In this document: one piece after another, positions 1-10,849 of the stretch
Layout: each line of letters starts with the position of its first letter
Numbering within the stretch: position 1 is the stretch's first letter
NCBI RefSeq assembly: GCF_000196555.1
Contig: NC_015067.1
Span: forward strand, 1,380,001 to 1,412,000
Direction: 5' to 3'
Origin: Bifidobacterium longum subsp. longum JCM 1217
Lineage (GTDB): Bacteria; Actinomycetota; Actinomycetes; Actinomycetales; Bifidobacteriaceae
DNA length: 32,000 bases
The notes under the pieces: generated by a model
What the model saw: the letters and a program-made list of their open reading frames with translations, nothing else
Databases searched by the model: none
What the model was told of the DNA's origin: nothing
Made by a program: the position numbers and the translations under genes

Positions 1-2054
1 ACCCGCACATCGTTCAGGTGTATGACACCGGCGAGTTCAATGGACTTGATTTTCTGGTCATGGAATATGTGCATGGCGTCAATCTGCGGCATGAGATGAA
101 CACCCAAGGCACATTCTCCGTGCGTGAGACGCTGCGCGTGGTCGCGGAGACGCTGGATGGTCTGGCTTCCGCGCATCGCGCCGGCGTGGTCCACCGTGAC
201 ATCAAGCCCGAGAACATTTTGATCAATGATCGCGGCCATGTGCAGATCACCGATTTCGGTCTGGCCAAGGCCGCCAGCCAGGCCACATTGAGCTCCACCG
301 GCATGCTATTGGGCACCGCCGCTTATCTGGCTCCCGAAATGATCGAGAACAATCAGGCCACCGCGCAAGGCGACCTGTATTCGGTGGGCATCATGGCATG
401 GGAGATGATGACCGGCAAGGTGCCGTTCGATTCGGATAATCCGGTGACGCTTGTCTTCAAGCATGTTCATGAGGACGTGCCGTCCGTGGCCACGGTCTGC
501 CAGGGCATTGATCCGTCCGTGGCGGCGTTCATCGCCCATCTGACCGCGCGTCAGGTGGATGCCCGCCCCGCCGATGGCGCGGCAGCAGCTGAGGAATTGA
601 GCCAGTTGGCCGCCAAATTGCCGCTGGAGGCGTGGCAATACCGTTTGCATGCCGAACCCATCGGAGGCGATCATACCGATGCCACCGCTGCAGCATTGGT
701 AGGCAATATCGCCGAGCAGGCCCCGCTGACCGGCGTACCTGCCGGTGCAGCAACGTTCGAGCCGTCCGTACCGGCATTTTTGGTCGATGATGCCGCAAGC
801 AATACCGCCGATACCGGTGGCGCCGCAGACGTCAATCCTCCGGCGCCTCCGGTCGCCCCCACCACGGCACTTGATTCGTCGATGTTAGCCGATGCTTCGG
901 CTCCCCATAAGACGCAGATCATGGCACAGTCCGGCAGCGAGACACAAGTGCTGCCTCAGGCCGGCGATGCCTTCACCCGAGCGCTTGCCCTTTCCGATGA
1001 GCCGGATGTCGCTTCCAATGGCACCGGGCCAAAGAAGCAGCGCAGCAAAAAACCGCTCATCATCGTACTGGTGATAGTGCTGGTACTGGCTGCAATCGGC
1101 GGAACCGCCGGCTGGTGGTGGTTTGCCGGACCGGGCAGCTATTGGAGTGTGCCCAAGCCGGATGACGTGACCTGCGATGCGAATGCAAGCACCGAATGCT
1201 CGTTGGCCGGCGCGGATTGGGCCACGTATGAGAGCACGTTGAAGGCTCTCGGCATCCCCTACAAGACGCACAAGGAATACAGCGACGACGTGGCGGAAGG
1301 CAAGATCATCTCTTCTTCCGTGAACAAGACCAAGGCCGTTGTGAACAGCCGCATAAGCAAGCGAGCCAATCAGGAGCTTACGGTGGTGGTGTCCAAGGGC
1401 GTGCGGATGACCACCATCCCGAAGGATATTCTCGACGCGAATTCGGCCAATGGCAAGGACCCGTTGAACGCGCTCAAGAAGGCCGGCTTCGATAATGTCA
1501 AGCATGACGAGTCGAAGGATGAGTATTCGATGGACACGCCGCAGGGTGTGGCATTGACGATCTCCCCTGATCCCGGTACCACGGCCAAGCACAACGATGA
1601 GGTGACGGTTACTTTGAGCAAGGGACCGATGCCGGTGACCATGCCTAACATCGTCGGTAAGACCCAGGATGAGATGCAAGCCGCGCTCGGCGAGTTGAAG
1701 CTCACGGCCAATGTCACCGAACAGTACGATGACAAGGTCGAGGCCGGTCAAGTCATTTCCGCGTCTCAGGAAGCCGGAGCCCAGCTGAAGTGGGGCGATA
1801 GCGTGGACGTGGTGATTTCCAAGGGTCCGGAGATGGCGACGATACCGTCCGGCCTTGTCGGCAAACAGGAAAGCGCCGTAACCAAGACACTTGAAGGTCT
1901 CGGGTTCGAGGTGAAAACCGACAAGGTGCTCGGTGGCCTGTTCGGCACGGTACGTACCGTGAAAAGTGGCGATACGGACCTATCCAACGGCGGCAAGATT
2001 CGCTTGCGCGATGCCAACGGCAACCCCACCGTCATCACCCTCACCATCGTGTGA
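1..2054 (+). CDS. Ser/Thr protein kinase with C-terminal PASTA repeats (PknB-like); 5' end cut by window edge
   Basis: Frame open from nt 3 (..HIVQVYDTGEF..). Hanks kinase motifs HRDIKPENIL, DFGLA and APE are present. One TM segment (PLIIVLVIVLVLAAIGG) is followed by about four PASTA-like modules (..VVVSKG, VTLSKGP, VVISKGP). Stop at 2052-2054. Confidence 0.9.
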   Translation, partial: PHIVQVYDTGEFNGLDFLVMEYVHGVNLRHEMNTQGTFSVRETLRVVAETLDGLASAHRAGVVHRDIKPENILINDRGHVQITDFGLAKAASQATLSSTGMLLGTAAYLAPEMIENNQATAQGDLYSVGIMAWEMMTGKVPFDSDNPVTLVFKHVHEDVPSVATVCQGIDPSVAAFIAHLTARQVDARPADGAAAAEELSQLAAKLPLEAWQYRLHAEPIGGDHTDATAAALVGNIAEQAPLTGVPAGAATFEPSVPAFLVDDAASNTADTGGAADVNPPAPPVAPTTALDSSMLADASAPHKTQIMAQSGSETQVLPQAGDAFTRALALSDEPDVASNGTGPKKQRSKKPLIIVLVIVLVLAAIGGTAGWWWFAGPGSYWSVPKPDDVTCDANASTECSLAGADWATYESTLKALGIPYKTHKEYSDDVAEGKIISSSVNKTKAVVNSRISKRANQELTVVVSKGVRMTTIPKDILDANSANGKDPLNALKKAGFDNVKHDESKDEYSMDTPQGVALTISPDPGTTAKHNDEVTVTLSKGPMPVTMPNIVGKTQDEMQAALGELKLTANVTEQYDDKVEAGQVISASQEAGAQLKWGDSVDVVISKGPEMATIPSGLVGKQESAVTKTLEGLGFEVKTDKVLGGLFGTVRTVKSGDTDLSNGGKIRLRDANGNPTVITLTIV

Positions 2055-2060
2055 GATTTG

Positions 2061-2099
2061 AATGAGGCTCCCTCTGTCTTCAGACGAGGGAGCCTCATT
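2061..2099. terminator. Bidirectional hairpin terminator between kinase (+) and plsC (-)
   Basis: Perfect 14-bp stem aatgaggctccctc (2061-2074) / gagggagcctcatt (2086-2099), followed by ttt on + and flanked by A/T on the other side. It lies between two convergent stops. Confidence 0.8.
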
Positions 2100-2105
2100 T
2101 GCTAA

Positions 2106-2810
2106 TTACTTTTCGGCTTCTTCAGCGGCCTGCTGGGCCTTGAGCTCGGCCTTGACCTTCTGGGCGTATTCGTTCACGAATTCCTGACCGCTCATTTTCT
2201 GGATTGCGGTGGAAACACGATCGGTCAGCGAACGCAAATCATCATGTGTAATTTCATCAGCCGGCTTCTTCGCAACCTCAATCGGCTTGCCATACAACAC
2301 CTTGGTCTTGCCCTTCTTGGGAATCGACGTGCCAATCGGCTGCAGCTTGTCCGAGCCGATGATGGCGGTCGGAACAATCGGGCAACCGGTCTCGAGCGCA
2401 AGTCGTGCGGCACCGGTGTGTCCCTTGTACAGTCGACCGTCTGGGCTGCGCGTGCCTTCAATGTGGATACCGAACAGGTGCCCATCCTCGATAATCTCGC
2501 GTGCATGCTCGAGTGCGCCAAGCGACTTGCTGCCACCGGAACGATCAACCGGGAACACGCCCACGGACGTGAACCACCACTTCTTGAACTTGCCCTTCAA
2601 TCCCTTGCCCTCGAAGTATTCGGCTTTGCCCATGAAGTGCACCATGCGCGGGCAGGTAATCGGAATCAAAGCATCGTCAATCACCGCCAGATGGTTGGCT
2701 GCGATAATCGCGCCACCCTCTCGAGGCACGTTATTCAGTCCGCTGACAGCAGGGCTCAAACGATGATGAGCAATAGGGCCGAGACCTTTGACGAAGAACC
2801 AGTAGAGCAC
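2106..2810 (-). CDS. plsC: 1-acyl-sn-glycerol-3-phosphate acyltransferase
   Basis: Acyltransferase motifs NHLAVIDD (HxxxxD) and IEGTRS. GTG at 2808-2810 is preceded by GGGAGGA about 7 nt upstream. The longer ORF to 3080 overlaps the divergent gene and has off-frame-like composition. Confidence 0.85.
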   Translation of the reverse strand: MLYWFFVKGLGPIAHHRLSPAVSGLNNVPREGGAIIAANHLAVIDDALIPITCPRMVHFMGKAEYFEGKGLKGKFKKWWFTSVGVFPVDRSGGSKSLGALEHAREIIEDGHLFGIHIEGTRSPDGRLYKGHTGAARLALETGCPIVPTAIIGSDKLQPIGTSIPKKGKTKVLYGKPIEVAKKPADEITHDDLRSLTDRVSTAIQKMSGQEFVNEYAQKVKAELKAQQAAEEAEK

Positions 2811-2870
2811 TTGGCATTCCTCCCGCAGACGAACTAGCCATTGGCCGGTCGCCTGATTAGAGTGACAGTT

Positions 2871-3566
2871 ATGACTGAGAACCAGAATAGCAATGCCGAC
2901 GGAGAGCGGCCAACCCCCACGCCGGGCAACGGACAGGATTCCGATACTTCGTCCAAGTCGTCGACTCCCGGTGCCGCCGGACAAGCCACGAATGGTGCCG
3001 ATACACCGCAATCGCATGACGCGAACGATTTGGATGCGGCGTGGGCCGCGTTCGAAGCCGAGCATCAGGCCGACTTGCATGACGTGGCTTCCTCCAGGCA
3101 GGCCAAAAAGTTCGAGAAGCAGGCCAAGAAACGCGAGAAGGAGGCGCTGCTTTCCGTAGATGACTTGGATATCGGCTCGTTCACCGATGATGCTCGCCCG
3201 AGCCGTGGCGGCAAAAAAGGCAAGCAGTCAGGTCCCCGTGATTTCACCGGCTCCAGCTGGCTGGATACCGATAATGTGATGGACACCTATGATGATGGCG
3301 GCTTCACTCCCCCGAACCCTGATCTTGGTCCGGTCAAAGCGTCTACGGTACTGCTGACGGCGTTGCTTATCATTGGTCTCGTAGGCGAAGCGGTGATGAT
3401 ATTCGTCCCCGGCTTGAACGCGATTCCTCTCTTGGGCGCGCTGCTCAATATTCTCTTCGGGCTGGGCGTCATTTTGGGCTTGGGTGGATTGGTGGCCAAA
3501 ATTCTCAACCGCAAAGACCGCCCCGGTGATCAGGGCGGCTATTACGACGACGGCGCGAGGGTGTAG
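2871..3566 (+). CDS. Hypothetical membrane protein (disordered N-terminal half, two C-terminal TM helices)
   Basis: ATG at 2871 (MTENQNSN..). N-terminal half is low-complexity and rich in charged and polar residues. C-terminus carries VLLTALLIIGLVGEAVMIFVPGL and LLGALLNILFGLGVILGLGGLVA. No recognisable family. Confidence 0.6.
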   Translation: MTENQNSNADGERPTPTPGNGQDSDTSSKSSTPGAAGQATNGADTPQSHDANDLDAAWAAFEAEHQADLHDVASSRQAKKFEKQAKKREKEALLSVDDLDIGSFTDDARPSRGGKKGKQSGPRDFTGSSWLDTDNVMDTYDDGGFTPPNPDLGPVKASTVLLTALLIIGLVGEAVMIFVPGLNAIPLLGALLNILFGLGVILGLGGLVAKILNRKDRPGDQGGYYDDGARV

Positions 3567-3621
3567 CTCGCGTAGGCTGTGTGGTCCTTGGCTCCCCTCT
3601 CTGAGGCTGAGCCGTTAAGCG

Positions 3622-3643
3622 AACAGCCCAGTGGGCTGTTTGT
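3622..3643 (+). terminator. Weak hairpin downstream of the hypothetical membrane protein
   Basis: aacagccca g tgggctgtt is a 9-1-9 palindrome (effective stem about 7 bp) followed by tgt. The T-run is poor. Confidence 0.35.
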
Positions 3644-3719
3644 AGGCGAGGTGTGAGAGATAGCGAACCAATGTATTGCGGGCGTGTCTCGTCCGTAATT
3701 GCGGTCGAGCCACGATAGG

Positions 3720-3908
3720 TCACGAATTGAAGTCGATGGACTCCTGTAACTCGGCAATCATGGCCTTGATGCGGGCGTCGCCTCCCCACCAGTTGAGACG
3801 GATCGTCACGTCCCCTTTGGCCGGCACAACCGGCACATCAGCGGCACCAACCGAAGTGCCGCGCGTCGCAGTCACGCACAAGGCCACGGCCGCCATAACA
3901 GTCGCCAT
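3720..3908 (-). pseudogene. Possible relic: N-terminal 62 aa of an ABC-type sugar solute-binding lipoprotein
   Basis: MATVMAAVALCVTATRG..VTIRLNWWGGDARIKAMIAELQE resembles a signal peptide plus the conserved (I/L)xxWWGGDxR start of family-1 solute-binding proteins. It then stops, and nothing SBP-like continues downstream in any frame. RBS is weak. Confidence 0.3.
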
Positions 3909-3954
3909 ATAGACACATAAGCCCCCCTCATCAGAGGAGGCTGAGTACGGTGTA

Positions 3955-5001
3955 TCACGCCTTGGACTTGGCGGTTTCGATCCACTTGTCGAACAGGGCT
4001 TCGGCCTTGCCGGAATCGACGGTTTCCTCGGCCAGCTTGTAGGCTTCGGCGAAACGCTCGGCCAGTGTGCCGTTGCCGACCAGATTGCCGTCGGCCACGA
4101 TGGCGGAGGCGGCGTTGAGCAGTGCGGTGGTGCGGGACGGAATGTCCTTGCCGGCCAGGAAGTCCTTGAATGCGTTGGCGTTGACGTCCGGAACGCCGCC
4201 CTTGAGCTGTTCGACGGTAATCTTGGCCAAGCCCAGATCCACGGTCGGGTCGAACTCGGTTTCGGTGACCTTGCCGTCGCGAATCTCCCAGACGGAAACC
4301 GGGCCGGTGGGGGCGAGCTCATCCATGCCCTCATGCGAAGTGTAGACCAAGCCGGACTGACCACGGCTGGCGTAGACGGCAGCCATGATCGGGCTCACCT
4401 TGCGGTTGGCGCAGCCGATGGCCACGTGTGCCGGGTTGGCGGGGTTGGTCAACGGTCCCAGGATGTTGAAGACGCACGGAATGCCGAGCGCGGCACGAAT
4501 CGGGCCCACGAAGCGCATGGCCGGGTGGAAGGTGCGGGCGAACGCGAAGGTGATGCCCACCTCGTCGCCCACTTCGCCGACGGCCTCCGGCTTCAAATCC
4601 AGCGGCAGGCCGAGGTCTTCGAGCACATCGGCGGCACCGCACTTCGAGGATGCAGCGCGGTTGCCGTGCTTGACGATCTTCACGCCGGCTGCAGCGGCGG
4701 CCACGGAGCCCATGGTGGACAGGTTCACGGTGGCGAAGCCGTCACCACCGGTGCCCACGATGTCGGTGGTCCCACCGGAAACGTTCAGCGGCACGGCGTG
4801 GGAGACCATGGCCTTGGCGGCACCACGCACCTCGTCGGCGGTCAGTCCCAGCTGCTGCTGCATAGCGAGCGCGGCACCCACGGCGGCCGGATTGGCGTTA
4901 CCTTGCATCAGGTCGTCCACGAACCACTCCGATTCCTCAGCAGTAAGGTGGTCTCCCCCGACCAGCTTGGTGAGAATCGACTTCCATGTGATCTCGGCCA
5001 T
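3955..5001 (-). CDS. trpD: Anthranilate phosphoribosyltransferase
   Basis: GTGGDGFATVNLSTMGSVAAAAAGVKIVKHGNRAASSKCGAADVLEDLG is the TrpD signature region. ATG at 4999-5001 is preceded by AAGGAGGG. Confidence 0.93.
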   Translation of the reverse strand: MAEITWKSILTKLVGGDHLTAEESEWFVDDLMQGNANPAAVGAALAMQQQLGLTADEVRGAAKAMVSHAVPLNVSGGTTDIVGTGGDGFATVNLSTMGSVAAAAAGVKIVKHGNRAASSKCGAADVLEDLGLPLDLKPEAVGEVGDEVGITFAFARTFHPAMRFVGPIRAALGIPCVFNILGPLTNPANPAHVAIGCANRKVSPIMAAVYASRGQSGLVYTSHEGMDELAPTGPVSVWEIRDGKVTETEFDPTVDLGLAKITVEQLKGGVPDVNANAFKDFLAGKDIPSRTTALLNAASAIVADGNLVGNGTLAERFAEAYKLAEETVDSGKAEALFDKWIETAKSKA

Positions 5002-5201
5002 GATGCCCTCCTTGGCGTTTCCTACGCCGTGTGATGTATGTTCGCCGCTCATTGTAATGGTTCGTCATTTCAAGGCCCTGAATCTTCCATATTGCAAAAT
5101 ATGGCGCTATTGCTGTTTTCGTGGATGTCGGTTCGTCGTCGAGCCGTTGGTTTCGTAAGCGTGAGGGGCGTTCCCGCGTATTCTGTTTTCCGACCAAAGA
5201 A

Positions 5202-5905
5202 ATGAATCACGAAGAACGCCTGGGCAAAAGCCCATTCACCGGATTGCCGAACGTCAAAGGCACGGTTGCAGAGGATGCGCGGATCACGGATTCGCCGCCG
5301 CGTTCCGAACCCGTGCTCGAGATCCGGGTGCGTCCACGTGCGGGTATGCTCCGATGCTCCCGATGCGGAAGGAGGCGCCGCGGGCATGACCAGGGCGGCG
5401 GCGTGCGGCGTCGTGGTCGCTTCCGTGCCGTGGGCCGAGCCGGGCAGCCGGTCCACACGCGATTTCGAATCGGAACGCGCGTGGCCGATGAGCGTCGCGA
5501 ACCAGAAGACCGTAAGCGGTTTTCCGCACGTCGCGTGGCGCGCCGCCGGAAGACGCCGCCCATAGGGTCGCCGAACGGTTGAAAGCGTCGATGCCGTCTC
5601 CGTTCGGCGGCCTCACGTCGATCGGCGTGGACGAGACCGGCTACCGCAAAGGCCACACGTGCATCACCGTGGTCGTCGACCACGAACGGCATCGGGCGAT
5701 ATAGGCGCACGACGGGTACGGCAGGGACGTGTTCGGCCTGTTCTTCCAAACGTTGACGCCCGAACAGCGCGCCTCCATCAGGGTCGTCGCCGGGGACGGG
5801 GCCCGGTGGATCGACTCATGCGTGCATGAGTGGTGCCCGAACGCCGAACGCGCGCCCGACGGGTTCCACATCGTCAGTTGGACGAGCGACGCGCCCGACA
5901 ACCCA
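5202..5905 (+). mobile_element. Degenerate ISL3-family transposase gene (frameshifted, one in-frame TAG, 3' truncated)
   Basis: Pieces in three frames resemble ISL3 transposases. These include ..GLPNVKGTVAEDAR..LEIRVRPR..RCSRCG (zf-ISL3-like) and VPWAEPGSRSTRDFE. A third piece reads IGVDETGYRKGHTCITVVVDHERHRAI*..FFQTLTPEQRASIRVVAGDGARWIDSCVHEWCPNAERAPDGFHIV (DDE region, TAG at 5702-5704). The usual C-terminal ~150 aa are missing and no terminal inverted repeats were identified. Confidence 0.65.
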
Positions 5906-5946
5906 CGAAAACAGCAGAAGCCTCTTTTTTGTGCTATCCCGTAAAA

Positions 5947-6161
5947 CTGCGGGACGGCAGCTCATTTTCGCCGTTTGAGCCGTGCCGTCCCACATCACCC
6001 TTTGCGGACCGTGACACCATAACACCGAGAATGGCGGAATTTCAACGATTCCGTAATTCGTACTGCGGGACGCCACGCTAGTCAATCGATTGACACTCGT
6101 GCCATCCCGCAACAGTGTGGGATACGACGTCAAAATCCGCGAAAATCGCGTGCCGTCCCGC
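5947..6161. repeat. Cluster of five copies of an 11-14 nt motif (GCGGGACGGCA / TGCCGTCCCGC) in alternating orientation
   Basis: Copies: ctgcgggacggcag 5947-5960, gtgccgtcccac 5982-5993, ctgcgggacgccac 6063-6076, gtgccatcccgc 6099-6110, gtgccgtcccgc 6150-6161. A perfect 14-nt palindrome gtcaatcgattgac (6081-6094) sits between copies 3 and 4. Confidence 0.6.
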
Positions 6162-6199
6162 GCGTACGGCACCGCACGAATACATGCTGATGAACCGCA

Positions 6200-6229
6200 T
6201 AGAAAATGGCTCCCCGTGTGGGGAGCCAT
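6200..6229 (-). terminator. Intrinsic terminator of secA
   Basis: On the minus strand: atggctcccc acac ggggagccat followed by tttct. It lies 26 nt after the secA stop. Confidence 0.8.
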
Positions 6230-6254
6230 GAGCTAGTTACTAACTAGCGATGCG

Positions 6255-9149
<2,895 letters not shown>

Positions 9150-9237
9150 TGGGTTCTCCCTTGACTGATAAGTGGTGGTGTCCGCGTATCAGGATAGCGC
9201 CTCACACCGTCAGCAGTCGAATTTTTCGACCTTTTTA

Positions 9238-9275
9238 CGAAAAAATGGACCGCCTCCATATTGGAAGCGGTCCAT
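9238..9275 (-). terminator. Intrinsic terminator of hpf
   Basis: Minus strand: atggaccgc ttccaatatggag gcggtccat followed by tttttcgt. Confidence 0.75.
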
Positions 9276-9310
9276 GCGGTATCAGCTGATCGTGTCAGCA
9301 GGCCTTACCT

Positions 9311-9973
9311 TCAGGCCTTCTTGACGTTCTCCGGAGTATCGATTTCGAACACGCCGTAGCTCCAACCGTGACGGTGGTAGACGACGGACGGGCGTCCGGT
9401 CTCCTTGTTCACGAACAGGAAGAAGTCGTGTCCGATCAGTTCCATCTCGTACAGCGCCTCGTCGATGCTCATAGGCTCGGCGATGTGCAGCTTGCGACGG
9501 ATGACAATCGGCGTATCCCCAACCTGGACCTCCACGGATTCGCCAGGGCCAAGATCGGAGGCGACCGCAGCCTGCGGGCTGTTGTTCGGCTCTTCCTCCG
9601 GCTCCTCCGGCTCGGGCTCCGGGGCGATAACACCCAGATCCACCGGGACCGGGTTCGCGTAACCACGACGGTGATCCTTGCGACGGTCACGAGTACGACG
9701 CAGACGCAGCGTCAACTTATCCAGCGCCATGTCCAGCGCGCTGAATTCATCGGTGCTGGAAGCCTCCGCACGCACCACGGTACGTCCGGCGATAACGGTG
9801 ATTTCCACGCGCTTGGCGGTATCGGCCTGACGCGGGTTGCCCTCATGGGTCAGCACGATCTGCGCGCGCTGAGCATCCGGGGCGATAGCGGTCACACGAT
9901 TCATCTTGGTCTCGACCACATCACGGAACCTTTGCTTGACCTGCGTGTGGCGTCCGGTAACGACGATTTCCAT
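9311..9973 (-). CDS. hpf: Ribosome hibernation promoting factor, long form
   Basis: MEIVVTGRHTQV.. N-terminal S30AE/RaiA domain, acidic PE-rich linker, and C-terminal dimerisation domain (..PIVIRRKLHIAEPMSIDEALYEMELIGHDFFLF..). Strong RBS GAGGAGG before ATG at 9971-9973. hpf-secA adjacency is typical of Actinobacteria. Confidence 0.93.
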   Translation of the reverse strand: MEIVVTGRHTQVKQRFRDVVETKMNRVTAIAPDAQRAQIVLTHEGNPRQADTAKRVEITVIAGRTVVRAEASSTDEFSALDMALDKLTLRLRRTRDRRKDHRRGYANPVPVDLGVIAPEPEPEEPEEEPNNSPQAAVASDLGPGESVEVQVGDTPIVIRRKLHIAEPMSIDEALYEMELIGHDFFLFVNKETGRPSVVYHRHGWSYGVFEIDTPENVKKA

Positions 9974-10133
9974 GTTGACCTCCTCTAACTCAAGCGGTGT
10001 AACCCGCTATATGTGTTCCGAACGGCATCATCACCGACCGGGTATGTTTCATTGTAGACGAACAATGGGTGAACGGCCGGAAACTCGCCCAGAGAATATA
10101 TGTTTATTCCCGGGCTTTTCTCTGCAATGAAAC

Positions 10134-10145
10134 GATGTATATACT
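10134..10145 (+). promoter_or_regulatory. Candidate -10 region (gatgtatatact) of an orphan plus-strand transcript
   Basis: Shares the atgtata core with the rnpB promoter 310 nt downstream. No convincing -35 was seen. Confidence 0.3.
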
Positions 10146-10403
10146 GGGGCTTTGGCAGCAGTCTCCTATAAGAAGATTTGATACCGGTTTATCAGGCTGG
10201 CTCGTTTGTTCGTCATGGTAAATACTGCAATGGATAGGCAGCGTTTTCTTGCTCTTTCTCGCACATACCAAGCTCTTACAGATTTGATTCGTCTCCATAC
10301 GACACGCCACAACACGCCCGACACGCCCCATCCGATATTCGGCGCGTCGTTCACGAATCGCCCAACTATGCCCAACCATGGAGAAAACAGGATAACCGGG
10401 CAA

Positions 10404-10440
10404 CGGCATGGCCTCGCCGCAGGGCGGGATGCCGCCTTTT
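10404..10440 (+). terminator. Intrinsic terminator with no annotated gene upstream
   Basis: cggcat ggcct cgcc gcag ggcg gg atgccg followed by ccttttcc. Only the plus orientation gives a T-run. Confidence 0.6.
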
Positions 10441-10447
10441 CCGCACC

Positions 10448-10459
10448 TTATGTATAATT
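10448..10459 (+). promoter_or_regulatory. rnpB promoter -10 (tatgTATAATtg)
   Basis: Consensus TATAAT at 10453-10458, preceded by TG, about 8 nt upstream of the first P1-stem nucleotide. Confidence 0.7.
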
Positions 10460-10466
10460 GCAAGCT

Positions 10467-10837
10467 TGAGACCTCTTGATGGCCGCGGCCGTGATCTTCA
10501 TTGGGATCGGCTGAGGAACTTCCGGGCTCCATAGAGCACGATGGCGGATAACGTCCGCCCAGGGTGACCTGAGAGATAGCGCAACAGAGAACAGACCGCC
10601 CGTCCTCGACGGGTAAGGGTGAAACGGCGGTGTAAGAGACCACCGGGCCTCTGGTAACAGTAGGTCGCATGGCAAGCCTCATCGGGAGCAAGGCCAAGCA
10701 GATGGCGGTAAGGGCTGCTCGCCCGTGTCATCGGGTAGGCTGCTAGAGCCTGGCGGTAACGTCAGGTCGAGATGGATGGCCATCCGTGCCGTGCGTTCGC
10801 GCACGGCACGACAGAACCCGGGGTATAAGAGGTCTCA
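10467..10837 (+). ncRNA. rnpB: RNase P RNA, bacterial type A
   Basis: P1 pairing tgagacctctt (10467-) with aagaggtctca (-10837). Universally conserved blocks are present: GAGGAACTTCCGGGCTCCATAGAGCA, GGGTAAGGGTGAAACGGCGGTGTAAGAGACCACC and ACAGAACCCGGGGTATAAG. Followed by a T7 run. Confidence 0.95.
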
Positions 10838-10849
10838 TTTTTTTCTTGG

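Noticed and set aside
885-1751. 288-aa minus-strand ORF and other ORFs (306-922, 1370-2098) overlapping the kinase gene
   Set aside because: They are antisense or off-frame to the kinase/PASTA coding sequence and have no independent signals.
2811-3080. N-terminal extensions of raw ORFs: plsC to 3080, trpD to 5052, recA to 12711, clgR-like to 13854, cinA to 14465, ftsK to 18318, miaA to 20290, DUF4352-like to 25810, regulator from 26999, DUF262 from 28630
   Set aside because: In each case an internal start with a good RBS coincides with the onset of family-typical sequence. The extension overlaps a neighbouring gene, promoter or terminator.
3955-5001. trpD standing alone without other trp genes as a sign of a novel pathway context
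   Set aside because: As I recall, trpD is also separate from the other trp genes in other Actinobacteria (for example mycobacteria). The isolation here is better explained by ordinary lineage organisation plus flanking gene decay.
5947-6161. Possibility that the repeated motif cluster is a small CRISPR array
   Set aside because: The copies are only 11-14 nt, alternate in orientation and are irregularly spaced (22-40 nt gaps of unequal length), and no cas genes are present. This does not fit CRISPR architecture.
10206-10457. 83-aa plus-strand ORF in the hpf-rnpB spacer
   Set aside because: It has no RBS and reads through an intrinsic terminator and the rnpB promoter before stopping. It is treated as non-coding (see the sRNA candidate finding).
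10104-10697. 197-aa minus-strand ORF (and 10448-10731 ORFs) over the rnpB region
   Set aside because: The DNA is fully explained by RNase P RNA on the plus strand. Structured-RNA genes commonly yield spurious ORFs.
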